This document shows positions 1-11,790 of a stretch of DNA of 64,000 bases, in pieces. The stretch lies in contig NC_086108.1 in the NCBI RefSeq assembly GCF_963921235.1, positions 109,556,001-109,620,000 of the forward strand, in the 5' to 3' direction. The notes below the pieces were generated by a model. It ran no database searches. It saw nothing but the letters and a program-made list of their open reading frames with translations, and was not told the DNA's origin. Position 1 is the first letter of the stretch. Every line of letters starts with the position of its first letter. The stretch is from Mobula hypostoma. Lineage: Eukaryota. Made by a program: the position numbers and the translations under genes.

Positions 1-410
1 AAAGACATGAATTTAACATAAATTATGCAAAGTTATACAAAGTACAAGAAAGAGCACAATTAGAACAAAAATATCTAAGGCAATTATAAAGCAAAGTGAT
101 CAAAGTGGTCAGATTGTTGCTCTACTAAAATAGTGACCGTGGTTTTGACAATGGTTCAAGAACAGAATGGTTGAAGGGAAGTTGCTCTTCCTGAAGCTGG
201 TGGTGTGGGACTTCAGGCTTCTGTACTTCCTTCCTGATGGTCACTATGAGAAGATGGCATGTGCCAGATAGTGGGGATCTATGATGGTGGATATTTGTCT
301 CTTGAAGCAACACCTCCTGTTGATACTTTCGATGGTGGAGAGGGATATGTCTGTGATCTATTAGTTTGAGCCCAACACTCTCTGCATCTTCTTATATTCC
401 TGCGCATCTA
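1..410 (-). mobile_element. Rex1/Babar-like LINE, 3' fragment (decayed)
   Basis: Minus strand reads PSGRKYRSLKSHTTSFRKSNFPSTILFLN, matching the C-terminal motif of the longer copy at 32203-32700. Confidence 0.7.
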
Positions 411-844
411 AATGTATCTCCTTCCTATTCTTTACCCTGGGGGAAATGGACCTTATTATAATTTATAAACTTCTGTCAGGTCATAAGCAGAAAGAATCTA
501 AATTCTACCTCCCAGTTGCACTAACTGCTATGCTATCACATCTGTTTAGTTGGAGCAGACTCGTTGTTTCTGCTGTACCTAAGTGGTCAGTATAAGATTA
601 ATTTGTACTGCTCTATATAATGTTTTAAAATGCCATAACAAATCAAGTAAGTGCTCAGGCATTCATCACAAGTTCTCCATGTCAGGATTGTGATAGTATT
701 GAGTTTGCTGACCATGAAGTTCTAAACTCAAATGAAGAGTTTAAGCCCTATTGGATATATTAGCCATGAGTATTTTCAGTAAATACTGGAACTACCAATT
801 CTTCAAAGGCTAATTCTCTTCCCTGTTTATTCTCCATGGTGAGT

Positions 845-2112
845 TTAGTTCAAGTTCAAGTTAAATTATCATTCAACTATTCATGAATAGAGGCAAACCA
901 AACAGTGTTACTCTGGGGCCAAGGTTCAAAACATAACATCAACAGTCATACACAACACAAGGTACATATAGCACAAACAAGATAGCAGTAAACACACAGT
1001 AACACAACAAAAAATATATACAAATCCCTGATTCCATGAATGTTGCAGCAGTCTGCAGTCGAACACAATAGTGCTTGTCTAGTGTTAGAGTGAGTTTTTT
1101 TTGGGTAGATGATTGGTTTACACTTAAATGACTTTGGCCACCAGACTTCTATTTTAATTGTTGGACAATGCGCTTCCTAAAAGGGTGTGAATACCAGATG
1201 CTTCTGGCACCGTAGTTCGACCAGATGCTGTAGTTTCAAAGACAGTATTATCTATACATTATAAATATTAATTGTCTTCTATGTTAGCACATAAAATGCC
1301 AAATAAATGTATTGTGGATTTAACAGGCTGTGGATGCCAACCCAGACATGTTGGCGTCGGAAGGAAAGGATGAAATCTGAAGGTGTGATGTTTGTACGTA
1401 GCTTCAAAAGGAAACATTGTCTAAGCATTGTCTATAACTTTTTAAGTAGCGATTGCCTTTGTGTTCAGCATATAAATATCGAGCCTACATTGAGCTAACA
1501 GACCTTTCTGCGGGAAGCGTCTCCATCCGTAGATGCCTGCTGTACCTTGTTGTGTCGAATAAAGAAGCTGCTTTGTATCTACCAGTGACCCTGTCTCTCC
1601 GGTGATTTCATCCACGCTACAACATCTTGCGCTGAGTAAACACTGGAGGGTAGCACTGATGCCAACCTGGACGCCACGCCACACCGCCTTCAGCTTTGAC
1701 TTTCCTGGATGGCTACCAATAAGGCGTCACCGTAGCTTGAGGCCTGGTCCTCGCTATGACCAAGGCAACAGAGCCACCCTGTGACTTGCAATTTTCCACA
1801 TTACCAATATCCAACAGTCTTGTGACCACAAGAAAACTGACTAAGACAATCACTTGCTGTTAGGGTGCACACTGTCTTCGCATGCCAATGCCTCTCTGTA
1901 GCAGGCAGCAGCAAGGTCCACACCAAGTGCACCTCCTTCAGTTTCTCCACCAACAAGCAACTCGCTGATGGGGTAGACCTGTGGTACTTTAAGCTATTAA
2001 TGTCCAGCAGGATCTTGTGATCATAAAAAAGTACATTTTAAAGAACAATAACACCCTTTGGTTGGGCCCTTAGAAGCCACTGTGTCCGAACGCACTGCCA
2101 TCTTACCAGAAG
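845..2112 (-). mobile_element. Non-autonomous LINE-derived repeat, interrupted by a solo LTR
   Basis: Minus strand starts ACTTCTGGTAAGATGGC and ends in a (CTTGAA)n-type tail. 1818-2110 aligns by eye with 23813-24110. Confidence 0.6.
1083..1624 (+). mobile_element. Solo LTR
   Basis: TGTT...AACA ends, TATA-like TATAAATA near 1471, AATAAA at 1558, flanks TCTAG/TCTTG (5-bp TSD, one mismatch). Confidence 0.6.
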
Positions 2113-2607
2113 TAAGTTTAGCTGCCAATACCCACTATTAGAGCTCCCCACCAAGGAGAAGATACTTCCAGCTAACAGTGATTAAAACACTGATCATTTA
2201 TTTTCAGTGATACACATTTAAATCCAAAAAAAATTCTTAAAACACATTTAAAACTCACAGAGGATTTCTATCTTAAATATTTCCATCATAGAACAATAAG
2301 GAGCATTCCAGAAAAGCAACTCAGCATTTAGTGAATCTTCCTTTTGTACTGTGATTTTTAATCAAGTTGGTCAAGTTCTGGTGAAATCAGCATTCAGTGA
2401 GATTGAATTTGGGTGTGGAAGAGTTTACATAATTGACCATAAGACAAAGGAGCAGAATTAGGCCATTTGGCCCAACCAGTCTGCTGCACCATTCCATCAT
2501 GGCTGATTTTTTATCCTTCTCAATCCCATTCCCCTGCCTTCTCTCTGTAATATTTGATGCCTGACTAATCAAGAACCTATCAGCATCCGCTTTAAATATT
2601 TTAAATA

Positions 2608-3535
2608 TTTTCTGAGAAAGATGGCGCCAGTGAACAACGCAAACAACGGCAACATCCTTCAGACAGTTCACGAAACTACTTCTTTCCAACATGATTCAGC
2701 TAGTATTGGAACCTGTGATTTACATTTTGATGGTGTGTTTTCAGGCTGATTGAAAGATCTGCTGCTTTGCTGTCTCTGAGGGAGTTTGGTGAGCTCTCGA
2801 GCAAAGTGTACTGTCTGGAAGCCAAGAAGCCTGGAGGTGGGGTGCAAGCCCACGATCGACTCCATTTCTCACTGATCTCATTGATTAAAGTGTCGAACAA
2901 GATTGAAATCAATGAGGTCGAGAGCAGAAGGCAAGCAGGGATTCAGCACATCTGCCTGCATTTAGCCAGTCTCTCCCTCCCCCTCTCGATCGCCACTGCG
3001 GGAGGAAGGTGCCTGCATTTAGCCAGTCTCTCTCTCCCCCTCTCAATCGCCCCTGCGGGAGGAAGGTGCCTGCATTTAGCCAGTCTCTCCCTCCCCCTCT
3101 CACTCTCCACTGCGGGAGGAAGGTGTCAGAGCCTTGTGTCTTGGGCAAGGTCTAATCGATGTGGTTTGTGGTTCGGACTCTGTAGTTGGTGTTATGATGT
3201 GTTTCTGGCTTCTGGTCACTCCTTTTTTTGTTGTAATTTTGTGCGATTTGTGCAGACTGGCTCCATGGCCTGCAGTCAGTGAAAAACAGTGCTGAACTGA
3301 ACTGAACATCCCTGGACAGTTCATTGACTCTGTGGTTTGGTGTTCTGCATTGTGTTTTCGCTTGTTTCTTGCCACTTGCAAAAATTTGTTCTTTCTTTTG
3401 TGCATTGGGTGCCTGATGTTTTCTTTGAATGGGTTCTATGGCATTTCTTTGTTTCATGGCCGTCTGCGGGAAAATGAATATCCAAGTTGTACACTACATA
3501 CACACTTCAATAATAAATGTACTTTGAATCTTTGA
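2608..3535 (+). mobile_element. Non-autonomous LINE-derived element with internal tandem repeat
   Basis: Starts near AAGATGGCGCC and ends AATAAATGTACTTTGAATCTTTG; no credible ORF. Confidence 0.5.
2953..3123. repeat. 57-bp tandem repeat, 3 copies
   Basis: Unit tgcctgcatttagccagtctctccctccccctctcgatcgccactgcgggaggaagg starts at 2953, 3010 and 3067. Confidence 0.95.
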
Positions 3536-4516
3536 AATATACTCTATGACCTGGCCTCCACAACTATCTATGGCAATGAATTCCACAGATTCATTCACTG
3601 CTGGCTAAAGAAATTCCTCCTCATCTCTGTTCAAAATGGATCCCCCTCTATTCTAAGGCTGAGTCCCCTGGTCCTAGATTCTCCCACTAAAGGAAGGGTC
3701 CCACATCCACTCTAAACTTTTCAATATTCGATGAGATCTCTCCCCTCATTCTTCTAAGTTCCAGTGAGTACAGGCCCAGAGCCATCAAACACTCCTCATT
3801 GTATTCAGCTCTAATTTATATGGCTTCATTTGTACACAAAATGCCCTTTACAGTGATGTTCAGTGTCCAAATTAGCTTCTCGCTTCATCGTTCTCTGGGA
3901 ATCTGTCGTGCAGATAGCTTTTGTTGTGCACAAACTGACAAGAAAACTTCCAATATTTTCTCAAAGGAGATAACGAAATGAGACCTTTTGTAAGACCAAT
4001 TATCAGCAGCATGCAATCAGCCCAGATTGAATTTGAGAATGCTTTTTTTTCCCCTTCGCTTATCAAAATGTTTAGTCAGTGCTGTGTTATCAATCTTCGG
4101 AGTAATTATGCAGAGCCAAGACATCCTACAACGCTCAGTCACAGCTGCAAGAACAGGATAGCTGCCAGTATTTAAATCATCTATTCAGTAGAGCTTAGGG
4201 CTGTTGTTAGACGCACTGCTCCACTCAGTATAATCATCTGTACCAGAATTATCATTATTACAGTTGCTGCTCCTCGTACACAAAACAAGATTTAATGGAA
4301 TAAGAGATCATTACTGTCTTAATGGAGAAGGCAATTTACAATAAGGAGGGCTTGCTTCGACTGACAGATTTGAGGATAGATTTCAACTTTCTCAAGCATG
4401 CCATCTTTCATCTGAAGAGCAAATTGTTACATCCGCTGATCCGTAGCTATCGAACTGTAGAACATGGAACATAGAAAAGAACAGCACAATGCACAATTTA
4501 TATTTAGGAGGCATCT

Positions 4517-5170
4517 GGGCAGCACGGTAGTGTAGAAGGTATCGCGATGCTATTGAAGCTCGGGGCATTCCCGAGTTCGATTCCGGGGCTGTCTGTAAGG
4601 AGTTTGTACGCTCTCCCCATGTGACCTGTGTGGGTTTCCTCTGAGTATTCTGGTTTCCTCCCACAATCCATAGGCACACCAGTTAGTAGGTTAACTGGTA
4701 ATTGTAAGTCGTTCAGTTTGGCTGGCGAGGTGGAGAAACGTCTCTACCAAAGGTGGTGTAAGGCTCCCCTTTCCTCCACTAACCTGGGAGAGGTGTAGCA
4801 CCTGTTTAGCACCCTCCCCCCCGTGCCCCAGCCACCGATCAGTGTTATGTGAAGCCACGGGAGCAGGTGGTGGATGGTCAGGTCAGGTTATGCGACCAAG
4901 TCCAGGTTATGTGACCACTGACACCAGTCGGACAATCTCTGAAGAGTATGGTAAAGACACTGCCCAAAAGAAGGCAATGGCAAAGCACTTCTGAAGAAAA
5001 GTTCACCAAGGATAACCCTGAAGAGACCATGATCGTCTATGTCATACAACAAACACACAATGATGACGATGATATTCAGTGATTAGGTTAGTGGTAAATA
5101 GGTGGGTTGCTGGGCAGTGCGGGTCAGTGGGCCAGAATGACCTGTTCCACTCTGTAACTCTAAATAAAAT
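4517..5170 (+). mobile_element. tRNA-derived V-SINE (HE1-like), interrupted at 4718-5080
   Basis: A/B-box-like head (ggtagtgtag..gagttcgattcc), V-domain (gtgggtttcctc..ggtttcctcccaca), CR1-like 3' tail at 5081-5170. Confidence 0.75.
4718..5074 (+). mobile_element. RTE/BovB-type SINE-like repeat
   Basis: GAAGGCAATGGCAAA motif, (GAT)n tail, TSD TTCAGT (4712-4717/5075-5080). Other copies at 8020-8345 (-) and 54715-55118 (+). Confidence 0.6.
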
Positions 5171-5246
5171 GTTAAAAGTAAAATAAGTAGATTAATACCC
5201 ACACATTGATAAGTGGTTAAGAAAGCATGTGATGAGTTGGCTTTCA

Positions 5247-5465
5247 CGAGAAATTCTGCAGATGCTGGAAATTCAAGCAACACACATCAAAGTTGCTGGT
5301 GAACGCAGCAGGCCAGGCAGCATCTATAGGAAGAGGTTCAGTCAACGTTTTGGGCCTAGACCTTTCTGTCCTGACGAAGGGTCTCGGCCCGAAACGTCGA
5401 CTGTACCTCTTCCTATAGATGCTGCCTGGCCTGCTGCATTCACCAGCAACTTTGATGTGTGTTGG
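5247..5465. mobile_element. 219-bp palindromic Penelope-derived mini-element
   Basis: Inverted arms 5278-5366 and 5376-5464, unpaired 31-nt tail 5247-5277, exact 14-bp TSD TGAGTTGGCTTTCA (5233-5246/5466-5479). Confidence 0.85.
5368..5401 (+). ncRNA. Minimal type I hammerhead ribozyme motif
   Basis: GTC-CTGACGA-A-GGG-TCTCGG-CCC-GAAA-C-GTC-GAC: intact core, stem I GTC/GAC, stem II GGG/CCC, palindromic ACGT in place of stem III. Confidence 0.7.
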
Positions 5466-5578
5466 TGAGTTGGCTTTCATTAATCTGGGGAGGGGACTAA
5501 GTTCAAGAGCTGTGAGGTAATGTTACAGCTTTATAAAACCCTGGTTAGGCCACACTTGGAATATTATGTTCAGTTCAT

Positions 5579-6125
5579 GACGTAGGGCTGAACTTTTAAC
5601 CTACTCAAAGATCGACCTTGGAGTGTATGGGGTGTCTAGGGAGGGGTGGTACCTCTGGCTTCTCGTGTCCATTCTGGGGTGGCTCCCTCACCTTTGGGCC
5701 CGATGGGACAGTCAGCTCTCACCTCAGGCTCCGAGTAGCTGTTTGTGACAGTGGCCACAACCCAGAACACCGCTTTGACAGGTGGGCTAAACCAGGTGAG
5801 GGTGGCTGGTGAAATAGGGACATGCCTGGCCTGGTGCGCAAAGCCAGCTCAGGCGGACGGGGTGGATGAGTTCAACAGTGAGATCCAATGGCTGGGAAGA
5901 CGGTTTGCAACACTTTGTTGCAGAACAAGGACATGACAAGGCACGATCATACACTGCAACCAGGGAAGAACCCAGTTGTGACAACTACTCATAACACCGA
6001 ACCAGTCTTCTGAGATCAATAGAGTGGAAGTGCCTAACTATCCTCGTGCAATGGCTTTTCCACTTTCAGAACTCTCTCACACAGGTTTCCCATCATTGCT
6101 GGATATGATGGACAACCAACAAGAT
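5579..6125 (+). repeat. Probable RTE-derived non-coding repeat
   Basis: GC-richer block with abrupt edges, ending gatggacaaccaacaa. Family assignment is by resemblance only. Confidence 0.3.
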
Positions 6126-6282
6126 CAATCTCAGAGGAAAGTGCTCATGATGGAGCTGGCTGTCAGATCTGGGACACAGATACAATGGCAAGCACAAAAT
6201 ATTCTGCATGTGCTGGGGTCAAAGCAACATGCACAAAACGCTGGAGGAACTCAGCAGGTCAGGCAGCATCCGTGGAAAGGAA

Positions 6283-6320
6283 CAGTCAACGTTTCGGGCT
6301 GGAACCCTTTGTCAGGACTG
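6283..6320 (-). ncRNA. Hammerhead ribozyme motif with core mutation
   Basis: Minus strand CAGTC-CTGACAA-AGGGTTCCAGCCC-GAAACGTT-GACTG: 5-bp stem I, G-to-A change in CTGANGA. Confidence 0.5.
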
Positions 6321-6570
6321 AAGAGGGAGGGGGCAGGTGGCTTATAAAGAAAGTGGGGGGAGGGTGGGAAAGAGAAGGCTGCTAGGTGCCAGGTGAGAAT
6401 CCAGTAGGGGGAAGACCAAGGAGTGGGGGAGGGGATAGGCAGGAAAGGTGTAGGAGGAATAGGGGAAAGCACGATCAGTAGTAGAAGGAGGTGGAACCAT
6501 GAGGGAGGTGATAGGCAGCTGGGGGAGGGGGCAGAGTGAAATAGGGATAGGGGAAGGGAGGGGGAGGGAA

Positions 6571-6960
6571 TTACCAGAAGTTGGAGAATTCTATGTTCAT
6601 ACCAAGGGGCTGGAGACTACCCAAAAGGTATATGAGGTGTTGCTCCTCCAACCTGAGTTTGGCCTCATCATGGCAGTAGAGAAGGCCATGTATGGACATA
6701 TCCGAATGGGAATGTGAAGCAGAGTTGAAGTGGTTGGCAATCAGGAGATCCTGTCTGTTGTGGCAGAAGGATCGGAGGTGCTCAACGAAGCCGTTCCCCA
6801 ATCTGCGTCGGGTCTCTCCGATGTAGAGGAGGCCACACCGGGAGCACCGGATGCAATAGATGACCCCAAAAGACTCACAAGTGAAGTGTTGCCTCACCTG
6901 GAAGGACTGTTTGGGGCCTGAATGTTGGTGAGAGAAGAAGTGTCGGGACAGATGTAGCAC
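6571..6960 (-). pseudogene. GIY-YIG endonuclease domain of a Penelope-like element
   Basis: FTCESFGVIYCIRCSRCGLLYIGETRRRL..EH..HFNS..H..RLEEQHLI..L.SLQP.GMN. Confidence 0.85.
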
Positions 6961-7544
6961 TTACGCTTGTAAGGATAAGTGCCGGGTGGGAGATCCGTGG
7001 GGAGGAATGTGTGGACCAGGAAGTCGCGGAGGGAACGAGCCCTGAGGAAAGCGGAGAGGGGTAGAGAGGGAAAGATGTGCTTAGTGCTAGAGTCCTGTTG
7101 AAGGTGGCGGAAGTTGCGGAGGATAATGTGCTGGATCCAGAGGCTGGCAGGATGGTAGGTGAGGATAAGGGGAACTCTGTCCCTGTTGTGGTGACGGGAG
7201 GATGGGGTGAGGGCCAAAGTGTGGGAAATGGAGATGCGGATGAGGGCATCATTGATACAATGGCAACATTTAGGAGGCATTTAGACAAGTACGTTAACAA
7301 GCAGGGAATGGAGGGATACTGACTACTTGCGTGAAGATGGGATTAGGTAGATTGGCATCATAGTTGGCAGGACAGAGGGTCTGAAACTTAAATGGAAGTC
7401 TTGGTCAGCATGCCCTGAAGGATTGTTTTCTTGCTGAATGACTCCCACTTCTGTGTTAACTTTCTCTAATTTCCACCCTGAATTCATTGGGACTCTGCTA
7501 TCATATTTCTGAACGGTCCGTAAACCCATCAACACTATCACTTT

Positions 7545-7725
7545 ATTCTGCAGATACTGGAAATCCAAAGCAACACACACAAAATGCTGGAGGAACTCAG
7601 CAGGTCAGGCAATGTTAATGGCAGGAGATAAGCTGTTGATGTTTTGGGCCAAGACCTTTCACTGGGACTGGAAAAAAAGGGAGAAGATCCTCTCCATTGA
7701 TGCTGCATGAGCTCCTCCAGCATTT
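7545..7725 (-). mobile_element. Decayed Penelope 3' terminus with a short inverted remnant
   Basis: tgcagatactggaaatcc..tgctggaggaactcagcagg, followed by inverted gatgctgc..ctccagcattt. Confidence 0.6.
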
Positions 7726-7786
7726 CAAGGGAGTTACTCTCTGAATTTGTCTATTTATTTAGTTTTTTTTAATATCAATTATAGCG

Positions 7787-8000
7787 AAGGCACAGTAGCG
7801 TGGTGATTAGTATAGCAGTATTACAATACCATCGATCTGGGTTTGATTCTGCCACCATCCATAAGGAGTTCATATACTTTCCCTGAAACCACGTGGATTT
7901 CCTCCTGGTGCTCTGGTTTCCTCCCATATTCCAAAGACATATGGGTTGATAGGTTAATTGGTCACATGGGTCTAAATGGGTGGGGCGAGTTCATTGGGTC
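7787..8000 (+). mobile_element. V-SINE (HE1-like)
   Basis: tRNA-like head and V-domain motif. Confidence 0.65.
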
Positions 8001-8019
8001 ATGTTGCATGACACCGGTA

Positions 8020-8345
8020 ATCATGGACTTTCCATGATCATGATTGTCCTTGCCAAATTTTTCTCCACTGCCTTCTTCTGGGCTGTATAGAAAAGATGGG
8101 TGACCACCAGCCACTATCAATACTCTTCAGAGACTGTCTGCCTGGTGTCAGTGGTCGCATAACCAGGACTTGTGATATGCACCAAGCCACACTTAGACCA
8201 TCCACCACCGCCTCCCATAGCTTCACGTGAATCTGATCATAGGGTAAGCAGGTGCTACACCTTGCCCAAGGGAGACCTGCAGGCTAGCAGAGGGAAGGAA
8301 TGCCTAACACCTCCTCTGGTAGACGCATATCTCCAGCCCGCCACC
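8020..8345 (-). mobile_element. RTE/BovB-type SINE-like repeat
   Basis: Reverse-complement match to 4718-5074 and 54715-55118. Confidence 0.65.
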
Positions 8346-8774
8346 CATTCCAGGAACTGTTCTTGCAGAGAGAAGGAGCACCTTACTCCTCACTTGGACA
8401 GACATATTAGGATCCACCCTTTAAGGTGGGCGTCAACACTTTAAATACCCACCCTCGTCATGAAGCTGGAGAACCGTCTGTGTCTGTGGTGGGAGGGAAG
8501 AATGTGATTTGTTTTGCTGTGGCTGTCCTGTTGCTTGTTGTGTACAGTGTTGTTATGTTCAGGGCGCTGCAATGCGTGGCGACACTCCAGGTGTGTTGGT
8601 TGTTAACATAAACACATTTCACTGTATGTACATTCAATAAGTAAATCTGAATTTGAATCTGAATCCTTTTATTGTTCCAGTCCCATACCTATCTAAATAT
8701 CTGAGCTAAATCAATGGGAAATAGGTGGGTCAGGAGGAAACAGAATGGAATTGAAATGGGTTTATTATTGCAAC

Positions 8775-9337
8775 AGAGAGTCATAGAAAAGTACAGCACA
8801 GAAACTGGTCCATGCCAAAATCATTTAAACTGCTTACTCCCATTGACCTGCACTGGGACCATCGCCCTTCATACCCCTACCATCCATGTACATAACCAAA
8901 CTTCTCTTAAATGTTGAAATTGAGCTCACATGCACCAGTTATACTGGCAGCTCGTTTCACACTCTCACCAACCTCTGAGTGAAGAAGTTTCCCCTCATGT
9001 TCCCCTTAAGCTTTTCACTTTTTACCCTTAACCCATGACCTCTAGTTATAGTTCCACACAACCTCAGAGGAAAAATCCTGCGTGCATTTACCCTATCTAT
9101 ATGCCTCATAATTTTGTATACCTCTATCAAATCTCCTCTCAAATGTTTTATGTTCAGGAATAAAGTCCTAACCTATTCAATCTTTCCTTATAAGTCAGGT
9201 CCTCCAGACCTGGCAACATCCTTGTAAATTTTCTCTGTACTTTTTTAACCTTATTTAACATCTTTGCTGCAAGTTGGTGACCAAAGCTGTACACAATACT
9301 CCAAATTAGGCCTCACCAGTGTCTTAAACAACTTCAC
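8775..9337 (-). mobile_element. CR1 LINE 3' fragment
   Basis: MRGDLIEVYKIM..TRGHGLRVK..FFTQR. Confidence 0.85.
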
Positions 9338-11790
9338 CATACAACCATATAACAATTACAGCACAAAAACAGGCCATCTCAGCCCTTCTAGTCTGTGCTG
9401 AACTCTTACTCTCACCTAGTCCCACCGACCTGCACTCAGCCCATAACCCCCCATTCCTTTCCTGTCCATATATCTGTCCAATTTAACTTTAAACGACAAC
9501 ATCAAACCTGCCTCAACCACTTCTGCTGGAAGCTCATTCCACACAGCTACCACTCTCTGAGTAAAGAAGTTCCCCCTCACGTTACCCCTAAACTTTTGCC
9601 CTTTAACTCTCAACTCATGTCCTCTTGTTTGAATCTCCTCCACTCTTAATGGAAAAAGCCTATCTACGTCAACTCTATCTATCCCGCTCATAACTTTAAA
9701 TACCTCTATCGTCCCCCCTCAACCATCTACACTCCAAAGAATAAAGAGCTAACTTGTTCAACCTTTCTCTGTATCTTAGGAGATGAAACCCAGGCAACAT
9801 TTTAGTAAATCTCCTCTATACTCTCTCAATTTTATTGACATCTTTCCCATAATTTGGTGACCAGAACTGTACACAATACTCCAAATTTGGCCTTACAAAT
9901 GCCTTATACAATTTCAACATTACATCCCAACTCCTATACTCAATGCTCTGATTAATAAAGGCCAGCATACCAAAAGCTTTCTTCACCACCCTATCCACAT
10001 GAGATTCCACCTTCAGGGAACTATGCACCATTATTCCTAGATCCCTCTGTTCTACTGCATTCTTCAATGCCCTACCATTTACCATGTATGTCCTATTTTG
10101 ATTAGTTCTACCAAAATGTAGCACCTCACATTTTTCGGCATTAAACTCCATCTGCCATCTTTCAGCCCACTCTTCTAACTGGCCTAAATCTCTCTGCAAG
10201 GTTTAAAAACCTACTTCATTATCCACAACACCACCTATCTTAGTATCATCTGCATACTTACTAATCCAATTTACCACCCCATCATCCAGATCATTAATAT
10301 ATATGACAAACAACATTGGACCCAGTACAGATCCCTGAGGCACACCGCTAGACACCGTCCTCCAATCTGACACACAGTTATCCACCACTACTCTCTGACG
10401 TCTCCCATCCGGCCACTGCTGAATTCATTTTACTACTTCCATATTAATGCCTAACGATTGAAACTTCCTAACTAACCTTCCGTATGGAACCTTGTCAAAG
10501 GCCTTACGGAAGTCCATATAGACAACGTCCACCGCTTTACCCTCGTCAACTTTCCTAGTAACCTCATCAAAAAATTCAATAAGATTTGTCAAACATGACC
10601 TTCCACGCACAAATCCATGTTGACTGTTCCAAATCAGACCCTGTCTATCCAGATAATTATATATGCCATCTCTAAGAATACTTTCCATCAATTTATCCAG
10701 CACTGATGTCAAACTCACAGGCCAATAATTGCTAGGTTTACTCTTAGAACCCTTTTTAAAGAATGGAACAACATGAGCAATACACCAATCCTCTGGCACC
10801 ATCCCAGTTTCTAATGACATTTGAAATATTTCTGTCAGATCCCCTGCTATTTCCACACTAACTTCCATCAAGGTCCTAGGGAATATCTTGTCCAGCCCCG
10901 GAGACTTATCCACTTTTATATTCCTTAAAAGCGCCAGTACTTCCTCTTCTTTAATCGTCATACTTTCCATAACTACCCTTCTTGTTTCCTTTACCTTACA
11001 CAATTCAATATCCTTCTCCTTAGTGAATACCGAAAAAAAGAAATTGTTCAAAATCTCCCCCATCTCTTTTGACTCAGCACATAGCTGTCCACTCTGATTC
11101 TCTAAGGGACCAATTTTATCCCTCACTATCCTTTTGCTATTAATATAACTGTAGAAACCCTTTGGATTTACTTTCACCTTACTTGCCAAAGCAGCCTCGT
11201 ATCTTCTTGTAGCTTTTCTAATTTCTTTCTTAAGATTCTTTTTACATTCTTTATATTCCTCGAGCACCTCATTAACTCCAAGCTGCCTATATTTATTGTA
11301 GATCCCTCTTTTTTTCTGAACCAAGTTTCCAATATCCCTTGAAAACCATGGCTCTCTCAAACTTTTAACCTTTCCTTTCAACCTAACAGGAACATTAAGA
11401 TCCTGTACCCTCAAAATTTCACCTTTAAATGACCTCCATTTCTCTATTACATCCTTCCCGTAAAACAAATAGTCCCAATCCACTCCTTCTAAATCCTCTC
11501 GCATCTCCTCAAAGTTAGCCTTTCTCCAATCAAAAATCTCAACCCTGGGTCCAGTCCTATCCTTCTCCATAATTATATTGAAACTAATGGTATTGTGATC
11601 ACTGGCCCTGAAGTGCTCCCCAACACATACCTCCGTCACCTGACCTATCTCATTCCCTAACAGGAGATCCAACACTGCCCCTTCTCTAGTTGCTACCTCT
11701 ATGTATTGCTGCAAAAAACTATCTTGCACACATTTGACAAACTCCAAACCATCCAGCCCTTTTACAGAATGGGCTTCCCAGTTTATGTGT
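9338..11790 (-). mobile_element. CR1 LINE, 5'-truncated, ORF2 with stops and frameshifts
   Basis: ORFs 10425-11849, 10203-10388, 9816-10199 and 9416-9691; motifs [37 protein letters not shown]. Confidence 0.95.

Larger units (their letters stand above)
2437..3800 (-). mobile_element. CR1 LINE 3' end, split by an insertion at ~2600-3535
   Basis: CR1 tail (ccataagac..ggagcagaattaggccatt) at 2437; the ORF2 C-terminal remnant resumes at ~3536. Confidence 0.7.
5195..5578 (+). mobile_element. CR1 ORF2 fragment hosting the palindromic Penelope mini-element
   Basis: Removing 5247-5479 restores CR1 VVKKA..LAFIN..EVMLQLYKTLVRPHLEY.VQF. Confidence 0.75.
6190..7254 (-). mobile_element. Penelope-like element (Neptune-like), 5'-truncated
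   Basis: GIY-YIG ORF 6571-6960, upstream RVPLILTYHP linker, and the same 3' UTR and tail as other Penelope copies. Confidence 0.85.

Noticed and set aside
2953..3123. Tandem repeats as a CRISPR array or a repeat protein (ORF 2767-3282)
   Set aside because: Units are contiguous with no unique spacers, there are no cas genes and the context is eukaryotic; the 19-aa repeat simply follows from the 57-bp unit.
4517..4600. tRNA genes at SINE heads
   Set aside because: Only degenerate A/B boxes followed by the V-domain and LINE tail; no cloverleaf.
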